From positions 1 to 58,847 of IMG/VR virus record IMGVR_UViG_3300044796_000233: 58,847 nucleotides of DNA; one strand, 5' to 3'. Below are positions 44,480 through 53,311 of this stretch, in pieces. Position 1 is the first letter of the stretch. Each line of letters opens with the position of its first letter. The stretch comes from a virus (taxonomy: Duplodnaviria; Caudoviricetes). The position numbers and the translations under genes are program-made. Under the pieces are notes generated by a model that saw only the letters and a program-made list of their open reading frames with translations, had not been told where the DNA came from and searched no databases.

Positions 44480-47400
44480 AGTTGAAGGACAGGTTGGTTA
44501 GGTCCATGAACTCACCGGAGGCACCGGTGACGACTTCTTGGATTAGTAGCGACATAGAATCGCATTTCTGAATCGTAAGGAATTGCCGGAACTGGAACGG
44601 GGTCTGGACGAATGTGAAAGGATTATGCGCGGTGTAGGTCTCGATGAAGTTCACCGCGGTGGAGATCTGCACACCGTGAGACCCGTTAACGGTACCGTCA
44701 CCGACGACTAGGAGATGCCGAAGCCGTTCGAACCCTTGTATGCCGGCGATAGCAAGCCAGCTAGTCTTCACCGTCAAGGCGAACGGTGTGGCGTTGTCGA
44801 GATACGTAGAAGAATTTTCTTGGTAGATAGCGCCATCAGTTCGGACATAGACGTAGGCACCATTCCAGTTGTCGGAGGAGTAACCCAGGTGGTTGGTGAA
44901 TACGGACCACTTGTTGAACATGTAGTCGTAGTGGAGGGATACACCGGAGGCGCAGAGGAACCGTACCTGTGTGGTGTTGGGGATGATCTTAGAATCTTGG
45001 ATCGGGGTCGTGCTGTAGGTTTCCACAGCGGCACCGTTAAAGACTTGGTCCGAGTAGTGAGGGTTGAGACCGCGATCGAGTAGGAATATGCCCTTTGTCG
45101 TCTGATAGATGATACCAGCCGGTACCAGGGTTAGGCTTCCTAGTACGGCCAGGCCTGATCCACTAGGGATGGTCTGCGGTTGTGTGAGAGTGGAATTGTT
45201 GCCGGTATCGTTAGCGCCGTCGCCTGCGAACCACAAGATTCCTTGGTCCTTGAAGACGATCATCTTGTCGTCCATGGCTTTAAGTCCAACGGTGTTTCCT
45301 TGTGTTGGTTGAATTTGAGTTATGTTAAAGTTAGCCGGTGATAAACCGTACCCCGGTGCGAACTGTTTGCTGTACCAGAGCGTGTTGGGTGCTTCAGCGT
45401 CGACACACCAGAGGCGATTGAAGCGAGGCTCTAACACCAGGGATGGGGGTGGCGTTGAGTTTTCCGATACACCACCGTTGGTGTAGAGTGGTGGAGCGTT
45501 GCGGAGCTGGGAATCGGTGGTGTTATCGATGAAGACTTGAGAGAAAACCGTGTTGGAGAAATTTCCGACTCCGCTATTGATCTGAAAGAATTCCGTACCG
45601 CTAGCGATAGTGCGGTACAGCTGGATTGTTACACCTGTCTTACCGGTTAGAAAAGGGTCAGTAACGGTGATGGAAACCTCTGAGTTGGCAGAGGCGACGG
45701 TGATGGAAACTTCTTGGGACGGAGCGGACTGGTGTAGGTTACCGTTAGCGTCTAACCATTGATACACCGCCACGTACGCGTAGGTACCTGCAGGAATCAC
45801 GCCGCCCATCGGGGTGCTTTGGGCGATCTTGTAGATTTCGGGGTACAGGTGATATCCCCACTCAGCACAGGTCTGCCCGTCGTACGCCGACAACAATGCC
45901 CCGTTAAGGATGTTCAACTCACCGGCCTGCGTGTTCTTGTACGTGCGTAGAGTGTTGAATCCAAAACTAAATGCAACCGATCCGTAGGAACTAACTGTGT
46001 TTTGTGTGAATGTAGAGTTGTTAGTGAAGGTTACCGAGGATGCGAATTGTTTTGTAGCGCAAAAAACGTAGTTTCCTGAACTAACAGTAGCCACATGCGG
46101 CGTGAACCAAGTAGTTATAGCAAGCGCTAAGCCACTAGCAAAGCGACCGGCAACGCAAGCATTAGCCGTGTCAATAATAAAATACGTAGGTTGTACGTTT
46201 GGGACGGTTGTGGAACTCACCGAGGAGTCGTACGTGGGTCCGTTGTAGTAGGCTATAAAATAATAGGCACCGTTGAATGAGAAGACACGTGACATAACTC
46301 CCACACCGAGGAGGTATAGTGCGATCCCTGTTATGCCCCCACTGATCGTGGGAATCGCGGTGTGGATAGAATTTATGCTATTACCGTTCGTGTCCTGTGT
46401 AACGACGGTGTAGAACACCGACTGGGTCGTGCTGTTAGTGGATTGCGCTACGATGTTCAGTATCGCGTTTTGTCCTTCGCTTGTGATGATCGTACTTGTC
46501 AGAATAGGAGTTAGATTTGAATCGTACACCTCGTAGTAGATGGAGTGCGTTGTGGAGATAGTGTCAGCATAGTAGACCCATATGTTACCGTTCGTGGGAT
46601 CCACGATATTGGCGACAGGGTTAGTCACCGTAGAGGACGTAGATAGGCTGATTGCGGCACTGTTTATGGTTGCCCCGGTGTCGTCTAGTGTTCTGGTCGT
46701 TACTGTGTCAGGGGAACTAAAAACATGGGACGTAAGCACGCAGCCGGTTGAGGTGGCAGACACATCGAATGACGGGTGGGACGGTAGTGAAGGTAAGTTT
46801 GCGTTGGGTTGAACAATAACCTGTGTGCCGATAGTCGCAGTAGTGCCGGATATGGTCACCACTTTCATGGCGATAGCGCTAGCTGTTCCGCCGTTTTGAG
46901 CTAGGTAAAATATACCGGCTTTTGTTGGACTTAAATTAATTACTCTGGGCGCGCTTGTGTCGGTGGTGCCGTTACCGCCATACGGTGCGACGAGAGTGTT
47001 GGGAAGAATCTCTACACCGGAGACGTTATCAACTATGGTGGTGTACACCGCTGGTGAGACGCCCGTAGCCCTAGCGTCCTCGTAAACATAGACGGTGTAG
47101 TTACCAACTACAGCACAGTCGGCGGCACCGGATACTGAGGTCTGGTAGAATATGCCTTTCTCGCTAAAGTCTATTGACGTGTAGTTTCCTTGTTTCTCCC
47201 ACGCTGGGAGAGATGGGCTGTAGGAATAGAACTGGCCTGAATCTTGACACGTAAGCTCGGTGCCGTAGGTGTCGATCATGCGCGGGGCGACGAGATTACC
47301 ACCGCCGGCAATAGCGCTTGTCAGGGCCGTGTAGCCATTCCTTTTCTGGATGTTGTCGATCTTGGTGTAGACGCCGTCTTGTACGAGGAGGAATTCACCG

Positions 47401-47507
47401 GGGACGACCTTTTTAGAGTCAGTCTTGGTGTTGATGCCGCCGCTGAAGTCAACTGGAAAGATTTGATCCTGAAGCGGCATTAGAACACCCACAGGGACAC
47501 AGTGCAC
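44427..47507 (-). CDS. Tail nozzle / DNA stabilisation protein (P22 gp10/T7 gp12-like; likely start 47480)
   Basis: FSGGINT...KRNG N-terminus, beta-propeller-like body, NRLW...LWYS. Confidence 0.75.
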   Translation of the reverse strand: MHCVPVGVLMPLQDQIFPVDFSGGINTKTDSKKVVPGEFLLVQDGVYTKIDNIQKRNGYTALTSAIAGGGNLVAPRMIDTYGTELTCQDSGQFYSYSPSLPAWEKQGNYTSIDFSEKGIFYQTSVSGAADCAVVGNYTVYVYEDARATGVSPAVYTTIVDNVSGVEILPNTLVAPYGGNGTTDTSAPRVINLSPTKAGIFYLAQNGGTASAIAMKVVTISGTTATIGTQVIVQPNANLPSLPSHPSFDVSATSTGCVLTSHVFSSPDTVTTRTLDDTGATINSAAISLSTSSTVTNPVANIVDPTNGNIWVYYADTISTTHSIYYEVYDSNLTPILTSTIITSEGQNAILNIVAQSTNSTTQSVFYTVVTQDTNGNSINSIHTAIPTISGGITGIALYLLGVGVMSRVFSFNGAYYFIAYYNGPTYDSSVSSTTVPNVQPTYFIIDTANACVAGRFASGLALAITTWFTPHVATVSSGNYVFCATKQFASSVTFTNNSTFTQNTVSSYGSVAFSFGFNTLRTYKNTQAGELNILNGALLSAYDGQTCAEWGYHLYPEIYKIAQSTPMGGVIPAGTYAYVAVYQWLDANGNLHQSAPSQEVSITVASANSEVSITVTDPFLTGKTGVTIQLYRTIASGTEFFQINSGVGNFSNTVFSQVFIDNTTDSQLRNAPPLYTNGGVSENSTPPPSLVLEPRFNRLWCVDAEAPNTLWYSKQFAPGYGLSPANFNITQIQPTQGNTVGLKAMDDKMIVFKDQGILWFAGDGANDTGNNSTLTQPQTIPSGSGLAVLGSLTLVPAGIIYQTTKGIFLLDRGLNPHYSDQVFNGAAVETYSTTPIQDSKIIPNTTQVRFLCASGVSLHYDYMFNKWSVFTNHLGYSSDNWNGAYVYVRTDGAIYQENSSTYLDNATPFALTVKTSWLAIAGIQGFERLRHLLVVGDGTVNGSHGVQISTAVNFIETYTAHNPFTFVQTPFQFRQFLTIQKCDSMSLLIQEVVTGASGEFMDLTNLSFNCGIKKGLHKVRSAVSVG

Positions 47508-47770
47508 GGTGTCGTCGCGTAGAGAGTTAATGTTTTCGTGTTAAAAGGCTTGGAGCGGGAGATGGTTACAGGGTTAGTGTCTAGGTCAATAATGATCCAA
47601 CCCTGCTGCAGCCGCCCCAACCCGGTGTTAATCACTGTCTCAGCTGACCCAGCTAGCTGCACGTTAAATATAAAATTCCCCTGCACGGGTGGGAGGGCTA
47701 GCACAGGGTTCAGCTGCGAGGACCACATGGTCTGCATCTGGGTTAGTGGTAGCTGTAGTGGGAGGCTCAT
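47480..47770 (-). CDS. Small tail-associated protein
   Basis: INTGLGRLQQGWIII pattern; structural operon. Confidence 0.65.
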   Translation of the reverse strand: MSLPLQLPLTQMQTMWSSQLNPVLALPPVQGNFIFNVQLAGSAETVINTGLGRLQQGWIIIDLDTNPVTISRSKPFNTKTLTLYATTPCTVSLWVF

Positions 47771-47799
47771 TTGACTTTATTCTCTACGTCTGTTATTCT
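47771..47799 (+). promoter_or_regulatory. Sigma70-like promoter TTGACT-N17-TATTCT, antisense to the structural operon
   Basis: TG extension; ATG 6 nt downstream at 47806. Confidence 0.55.
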
Positions 47800-49042
47800 G
47801 GTTGTATGAAAATCTAACCCTGGTGAAAGTAATCCCGCTGCTAAACTTACTTTTGAGCAGGTACAAGAAATAAGACGCCGCTACGCCGAAGAAGACATAT
47901 CGCAGCATAAGCTGGGAGCACAGTACGGTGTGAGCCAACGAATGGTATCCCTTATAGTAAGAGGAGAGAAATGGCGGCATAAGGACAAATCCTCCCTTGC
48001 CGATACCGGAGAAGGGTGACATGGATCCATTATTGCCGAATGGATTAACATCCACGATCGTTTGTGGCATACCTGCATCTCTGTTCATTGCTGATTCTTC
48101 GATGCGTTGTTTGAGAAACAGGAGTTCCTGAGTGATGACACTGGTGTCGGACTCTTCTTTATCCAACGCGTATTTTGCGGCTCTGCAAATAACATATTGC
48201 AACCAACCGCTGATGCCTGTCGTAGTCGTGTCTGTGTCGGCTAACAGTTCTTTTAATCTTGGAATGTACCACAGCCGAATCGGTTGGTTCGCTGACGGAG
48301 TTGGGATAAATTGAATGTTGTTCCCAAGAAGGCGGTACTCTAGATTAAATACACCGTAGATTGTGGAGGCGCTGTTGGGGTACAGGTAGCGGTTACGATC
48401 AGCAAAATTAAACTGCCTTACCGTCACAAAAGCCTGGTTAGCGGTATTGAGTCCTAGATCCACACCGATTAGCTTATAGAAGGGTGGTGCTACAAAAGTT
48501 CCCTGCCCCGTGATGCCATTGGTATAAGTCTGCACACCGTCTGGCAGTGGGTACAGGAACGTACTGCCGTTGGTGAGGAACTGTACAGGGATTGGCGCTA
48601 CATATTGATCTTCGTACAACGTTATGAGCATATCATACAGCTCAAACATGGCGTTGTTTATGAAATAATTCCATTCCGGTGTAGTCACAAACAAGCTATT
48701 AAGACGATCTGCACGCTGCTGGGCACGCGTTCTGAGCTCACCGAGGGATAGCTCCCCGGTCATGGTCGGAACGACGCTCTGAGAGGCTGTAAATGCGCTA
48801 GAACCGGATCCGTTAACGGCTTGGACTTGGTACCAGTAAGCGGTACCTGAGGTCACCGTGGTGTCAACGTAACTCGACGCAAGCGGGGATCCAGACAGCG
48901 TGGTGATCGTGGTGAAAGTAACGTTATCGAGTGACCGCTGTAGGACATAAGACGTTGCACCGGATGTCTGGTCCCACTGACTAAGGACCTGTCCATTTGC
49001 CTGAGTGACGTAAAAGTTGCTTGGAGTGCTAGGGGCTGCCAT
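47777..49042 (-). CDS. Head-tail adaptor with N-terminal FN3 domain and atypical ~70-aa C-terminal extension
   Basis: APSTPSNF...YWYQVQAVN FN3; LGELRTRAQQRAD...YFINNAMFELYD adaptor pattern. Confidence 0.75.
   Translation of the reverse strand: MAAPSTPSNFYVTQANGQVLSQWDQTSGATSYVLQRSLDNVTFTTITTLSGSPLASSYVDTTVTSGTAYWYQVQAVNGSGSSAFTASQSVVPTMTGELSLGELRTRAQQRADRLNSLFVTTPEWNYFINNAMFELYDMLITLYEDQYVAPIPVQFLTNGSTFLYPLPDGVQTYTNGITGQGTFVAPPFYKLIGVDLGLNTANQAFVTVRQFNFADRNRYLYPNSASTIYGVFNLEYRLLGNNIQFIPTPSANQPIRLWYIPRLKELLADTDTTTTGISGWLQYVICRAAKYALDKEESDTSVITQELLFLKQRIEESAMNRDAGMPQTIVDVNPFGNNGSMSPFSGIGKGGFVLMPPFLSSYYKGYHSLAHTVLCSQLMLRYVFFGVAASYFLYLLKSKFSSGITFTRVRFSYNQNNRRRE
47806..48019 (+). pseudogene. HNH-endonuclease-type C-terminal HTH domain gene, frameshifted by one extra A after the ATG
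   Basis: Frame 47810-48019 reads KSNPGESNPAAKLTFEQVQEIRRRYAEEDISQHKLGAQYGVSQRMVSLIVRGEKWRH. Confidence 0.7.
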
Positions 49043-49056
49043 CTAATCCCTTCTGA

Positions 49057-49127
49057 CCCGGCAGGATCGACTGTTTGAACCTTCCTGCCGGGCGCTTGTG
49101 GTCACGCTGTGAAACCCCGTAGGGGTT
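49057..49127 (-). terminator. Two hairpins after the 49126 gene (AACCCC-TAC-GGGGTT; CCCGGCAGGA/TCCTGCCGGG)
   Basis: Inverted repeats 49113-49127 and 49057-49092; weak U-tract. Confidence 0.45.
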
Positions 49128-49785
49128 ATGAAGAGGAGCCGACTGGAACGGAGCTGTCGTTCAGATAGAACGTGAGTCCGAGCACGGAGCCGTCCGTAGG
49201 GGCAGTAACAGATCCGCCAGAGTAGCAGGTCATGATGATCTGCTTACCGGCGGTTTGTGGGTTCGTCGAGTTAGAGAGGTTAGAGTCACCAACGACTTCG
49301 ATGTGGTCGATGCCTGATCCACCGGAGTGGAGGGCCTGCACGGTGCCGCCACCAGCGACAGAGGTAGCAGCAGCGATAAACGCTACACCGACGGCGGGGG
49401 TGATGTTGGCAGACAAGCCTGCCGTCTGCCACTGCGCAGCGGTAGTCGATCCCAGGGACGTGATTACGTACGGGACGTGGGCAGTCATGCCTGACGAGAT
49501 GTTGGAGCCGCTCAGCGCCGACACCTGACCGGAGAACCCGCCGAGGTAGGCATTGAAGTTATCCGTGAGAGTAACTACAATGTAACCGGAAGCCGGGTTA
49601 GGGTTCCCGGTAGCCGGTGTCGCTGACGTGTGCATGTACACGCTCTTGACGTAGGCGCCTTTTAGGCTACGGATGCCGAGTCCGTTACCATTCGCGCTGT
49701 CGACGACAAAGTTGCAGTCGATAAGCGTCGGTTTGACGTGGGGGATGTAGATTGATTTGCCGTTAGGGTAGTTGCGATTAGCCAT
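49126..49785 (-). CDS. Putative capsid decoration / minor structural protein
   Basis: Start MANRNY with GAGG RBS; Ser/Thr/Gly-rich beta protein. Confidence 0.65.
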   Translation of the reverse strand: MANRNYPNGKSIYIPHVKPTLIDCNFVVDSANGNGLGIRSLKGAYVKSVYMHTSATPATGNPNPASGYIVVTLTDNFNAYLGGFSGQVSALSGSNISSGMTAHVPYVITSLGSTTAAQWQTAGLSANITPAVGVAFIAAATSVAGGGTVQALHSGGSGIDHIEVVGDSNLSNSTNPQTAGKQIIMTCYSGGSVTAPTDGSVLGLTFYLNDSSVPVGSSS

Positions 49786-49888
49786 GTTATCCTCGGTTTG
49801 CCTAGTATGAGTACCGGATATACCAGTACTTCTCACCGTGGCGGCCTAGGCACCGACACAGGCGGGGCTCCGAGGATATCCCGAGGCT

Positions 49889-49903
49889 CCTACTAGTGTG
49901 GTT
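49889..49903 (-). promoter_or_regulatory. Putative late-promoter motif AACCACACTAGTAGG
   Basis: Restarts structural genes after the accessory island. Confidence 0.6.
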
Positions 49904-49969
49904 TCCTTAACTATGGCTAACTTTATTCAAGGATAATCCCGGTGCCGTCCTTAGCACCGGGGCGTCTAA

Positions 49970-50173
49970 CTATCTGTGTTCTTGGGGTAAAGTCGGCTTC
50001 CTTATGACTACACCGCGGGCTTGACGGTACAGTTCTAGGTTGAATATCTCGTGCCAAGGTCGAACACCGTTCGGTAGTAAATATATTTTTGCTCCAGGAC
50101 TTTCTTTTTCTATGCACTGGCATATTTTAGCCAGGTCGCTGTCTTTTGTTGTTCGTTCTATAAAAATATTCAC
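49970..50173 (-). CDS. Hypothetical protein
   Basis: 67-aa ORF with AGGAG RBS. Confidence 0.55.
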   Translation of the reverse strand: MNIFIERTTKDSDLAKICQCIEKESPGAKIYLLPNGVRPWHEIFNLELYRQARGVVIRKPTLPQEHR

Positions 50174-50175
50174 CG

Positions 50176-50742
50176 TTATTCTCCTTTCGAGAATTTCTCC
50201 ACTAAAGCAGCGATCTCAAGCGCTGTCAAGTTTGCAGGTACCGGGATGTTGATGGGCTTGTCGCCGAGGAGGACGGTCAGGACGATACGTGCGCCGGAAG
50301 TCTGCCATGGACGTGGAGATCGGGCTGCTCGTACCTCAGGGGCGGCCTTAGGGGGCGTAGGCTGCGGCAGCGTTCCAAAGTTGGTTCGGGGACGGAAGCC
50401 CTTTAGCTCGTCTTTGACCTCACCGAGGGCAGCGGCTCCGAGGGACTGTAGCTTGATGCGGATGTCTTTTAAGGCTCGTATGCGTCCCTTATGGTCCTTA
50501 TCGATCTTTCCTACACCGAGATCGGCGAGCAGCTTAAGAACACTGATTATTTTATCGTCACTGTGGTCAAACCCTTGTGCCTTCATGTTACGGGACACTG
50601 ACACCACGGTGAGGTCTTTGCGGGCACGGTGGCGGCTCGCGCACAGTAGTGCGAAGTCTTTGAAGACTGGGTTCTTTTGGACTTCTTGGCTGAGGGCGGT
50701 GACGAGGTCTTTGGTAGTCATACTGTTACTCCTGTTTCTCAC
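50176..50742 (-). CDS. Hypothetical protein, possibly DNA-binding (likely start 50721)
   Basis: AGGAG RBS, upstream TTGACT-N17-TATACC promoter; basic. Confidence 0.7.
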   Translation of the reverse strand: MRNRSNSMTTKDLVTALSQEVQKNPVFKDFALLCASRHRARKDLTVVSVSRNMKAQGFDHSDDKIISVLKLLADLGVGKIDKDHKGRIRALKDIRIKLQSLGAAALGEVKDELKGFRPRTNFGTLPQPTPPKAAPEVRAARSPRPWQTSGARIVLTVLLGDKPINIPVPANLTALEIAALVEKFSKGE

Positions 50743-50863
50743 CGGGTTATTCCGGCTGATGCAGGGTATATTTCAAGTACGATACCAAGTCAATGCTTAT
50801 TCGTTACAGCTTATATTTGAGCTGTGTCTTTTTTGACGTCAAAGAGCTAAGCAGGTGTAAAGC

Positions 50864-51445
50864 CTACCTAGTATCACATCCTACGACGACTAGATCGTGG
50901 TCTAAATCAGGCGCGCAGTATACACGTACGGGACCGAAGGAGCAGTGGACATTGGGTGCTGACTTTACTTCCTTCCAATCTTTTGGGCTTACGAATGCGT
51001 AGGTGGGGATAACACCGGTGTCGTTAACAAACTCCTGACACTCTTTAGCAATCCGCTCTTGTACTGTTGTCTCTTCCATCACCTCCATTGCGGCGGGGCT
51101 TGTTATTCCGGCGGGTCTATAATCAACCCCGGTGCCGAATACCATTGCTTCCAGCATCGCTTTTTCGGCTTTTCTCACCGCGTTCTCAGTTAACGCAATA
51201 AATTCCTGCTGTTTATCCGGAGTAAGTGAAGGTGTATCCTTCCAGAAGCGACCTTTGCAGTTCTGAAAAATGTAGTCGTACTGACTAGTAGCTTCCTCTA
51301 GTTTTAGACTATGTTCACCGGTGCTCTTGTTCCAGTGCTCCGTTACAAGCACGGTCTCCTCCCCCTTCTTAACGTCGCACTGGGTGCAGTATTCGAAACG
51401 GTTAGTGATGCCTTCGTATAGTTTCCAAGTGTGGTTGCAGGTCAT
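50864..51445 (-). CDS. Hypothetical protein
   Basis: CNHTW...YCTQC N-terminal zinc motif. Confidence 0.7.
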   Translation of the reverse strand: MTCNHTWKLYEGITNRFEYCTQCDVKKGEETVLVTEHWNKSTGEHSLKLEEATSQYDYIFQNCKGRFWKDTPSLTPDKQQEFIALTENAVRKAEKAMLEAMVFGTGVDYRPAGITSPAAMEVMEETTVQERIAKECQEFVNDTGVIPTYAFVSPKDWKEVKSAPNVHCSFGPVRVYCAPDLDHDLVVVGCDTR

Positions 51446-51750
51446 AGATTCTCCTCGATCCAGTCGGCGATTTGTGAAAATGATTTAGGTTCTATTTGTG
51501 CGGAAAAACTACCGTCGTTCATAATAACTAATTTATCTTGAGTTGATTGGTCCAAAAAGGAATATTCAACAAAGTCAGATAACCCCTCTAATCTTGGTTG
51601 TGCTATGCCTATTTCGCATGCGACACCGAGGCAACAATAGGCGAAGCCGTCCTTGTCCTCTGTCATTAGCGTTAACCTCCCTTGGCGGTATTTTCCGCTG
51701 CGTAGTGCTTCGATCCATTGTTTTTTTACACCGAGGTTGAGTTTGTTCAT
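51442..51750 (-). CDS. Hypothetical phage protein
   Basis: WIEALRSGKYRQG...CCLGVAC...ND...SFSQIADWIE pattern. Confidence 0.75.
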   Translation of the reverse strand: MNKLNLGVKKQWIEALRSGKYRQGRLTLMTEDKDGFAYCCLGVACEIGIAQPRLEGLSDFVEYSFLDQSTQDKLVIMNDGSFSAQIEPKSFSQIADWIEENL

Positions 51751-51751
51751 A

Positions 51752-52312
51752 TTATCTCCAGTACTTAAGGATGATTGTTCGGATTAGTTTTTCTTGCTTG
51801 TTACGGTCGGCGACGGCGTTGGCGGCGCGGGCGGCGCGGGCGGCGTTGGCGGCGTAGGCGGCGGCGGCGGCGTGGGCGGCGTTGGTGGCGGCGCGGGCGG
51901 TGCCGTAGGTGGCGGCGTAGGCGTAGGCGGCGTAGGCGGCGGCGTAGGCGGCGGCGTAGGCGGCGGCGTCGGCGGCGTCGGCGGCGTCGGCGGCGTCGGC
52001 GGCGTAGCGGGCCTCGTAGGCGGCGTCCTTATCTCCACTTCTCGCTGCTTCAATAGCTTTACGTGGTCTGTCATCGTTAGGATTGGCGTTCTCGTAGATG
52101 TGTAAAACGCTTTCAGCAATGTCAGCAGCTGCTAGCACTACTTTTTCTTTTTGCATCAGCCGAAACGCTACCCATAACTTATCGTCATGCGTAATGTGTT
52201 TCAATCCCATGAATTGCCGATGCGTAAAGCTACGATCCCCGTAGTGCTTCAGGTAATTTTCCCATCTATCGTTACAAGGACTTAATGCGATGATTGTGTG
52301 CTTGTTAAGCAT
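51752..52312 (-). CDS. Imm5-like protein with Ala-rich variable core, paralog 3
   Basis: Same N/C-termini as 7930 and 8755 genes; GAGGAG RBS before MLNKH. Confidence 0.8.
   Translation of the reverse strand: MLNKHTIIALSPCNDRWENYLKHYGDRSFTHRQFMGLKHITHDDKLWVAFRLMQKEKVVLAAADIAESVLHIYENANPNDDRPRKAIEAARSGDKDAAYEARYAADAADAADAADAAAYAAAYAAAYAAYAYAATYGTARAATNAAHAAAAAYAANAARAARAANAVADRNKQEKLIRTIILKYWR
51806..52027 (-). repeat. NNC variable tract, paralog 3 (73 of 74 codons end in C; exception GAG)
   Basis: Manual codon parse. Confidence 0.95.
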
Positions 52313-52323
52313 GTTTTTACTCC

Positions 52324-52443
52324 TCAAATAAGATTACTAATAGTGGCGATAGCGATAATGACTACGATCCAAGGACCGCAGATTCGCACAAGGAGGGTTG
52401 GGATGTAAAGGGCGACTATTGCGAGAAAGATTAGTGTCTTCAT
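52324..52443 (-). CDS. Small hydrophobic protein (39 aa, MKTLIFLAIVALY...), leaderless; not in ORF track
   Basis: ATG 6 nt after TTTACA-N17-TATGCT (52450-52478). Confidence 0.55.
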   Translation of the reverse strand: MKTLIFLAIVALYIPTLLVRICGPWIVVIIAIATISNLI

Positions 52444-52483
52444 GTCTAAAGCATAGACTAGTGCATACACCGTGTAAAGTGTG

Positions 52484-52684
52484 TCATTTCTTCACTTCCC
52501 AGTTTTTGGAGAGGATGTCTACCACGGTGAGGTGGGTCACCGACAGGAACCACTCAGGGTCGAGCCAGGTATGAGGGGACACGTAGCTGAAGCTGCTGGT
52601 GTACGGATCTTTGTTACTGATACACCAGGTGCGTCCGGGGAGACGGATGGGTTTACCGGTTTTGAGGGCTTTGCGGAGGGTCAT
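52484..52684 (-). CDS. Hypothetical protein
   Basis: ALKTGKPIRLP...DILSKNWEV pattern. Confidence 0.65.
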   Translation of the reverse strand: MTLRKALKTGKPIRLPGRTWCISNKDPYTSSFSYVSPHTWLDPEWFLSVTHLTVVDILSKNWEVKK

Positions 52685-52687
52685 GGG

Positions 52688-53311
52688 TTACTTCTTAGGA
52701 ATAAGGGCTATAAAGGGGTTTGTCCCGTTAGTAAGATTCATGTGAAGAGAGCACAGCTGGTCACGTAAGTGTTTTTGATCATGACATAGCTGATAAACCA
52801 CCGGAATACCGGGTGTTAGGTTGCACATCCAGCAATCTTTCTCGTCCACTAAGCGTAGCTTGATTAAGTCAGTCATAGGTTCATCTCGATCATGTTTGGC
52901 TGCTTTCTTGTCTGTTCTAAACTTTATATAGGCACGAACGTCGTGACCCATACAACCCCAATTTATCAATGCCTTGGAGAAATCTTTTTCCTTTAAAGGC
53001 CGTCCTAGCTTAGTTTCAACGCACGATAAACAGAGATACTGGTGTTTTGTATCCTTAGTCACTTTTTTCCACAAAGAATTTAACAGCATGTAGGGTTCAT
53101 CTGGGTTGCCGCAAGAGTCACAGCCTGATCTGCTATAAGGTCGTTTAGTCTCAGACCAGTACAAATGTATTACTGCTAGTAGATTTTCCTCTTCAACACC
53201 GGCTTTGGTGGCTGTGCAGTAAATACACATATCAGAATCGTAATGCATACAGTACCTAGTCATAAAGTTAGTCCTTATCTTTAAGGTACCGGAAATGTTT
53301 ACCGCCTGCAA
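52688..53311 (-). CDS. Hypothetical Cys-rich protein (likely start 53263)
   Basis: CDSC...YMLLNSLW...LCLSCVETKLGRPL. Confidence 0.7.
   Translation of the reverse strand: MQAVNISGTLKIRTNFMTRYCMHYDSDMCIYCTATKAGVEEENLLAVIHLYWSETKRPYSRSGCDSCGNPDEPYMLLNSLWKKVTKDTKHQYLCLSCVETKLGRPLKEKDFSKALINWGCMGHDVRAYIKFRTDKKAAKHDRDEPMTDLIKLRLVDEKDCWMCNLTPGIPVVYQLCHDQKHLRDQLCSLHMNLTNGTNPFIALIPKK

Noticed and set aside
51426-51436. Additional AGTGTGGT core matches (here and ~30140)
   Set aside because: Inside coding sequence and lacking the WRTR extension of the late motif; probably chance.
51775-52119. Poly-Arg, poly-Pro and poly-Gly ORFs over paralog 3
   Set aside because: Shadow frames of the GCC-rich tract.
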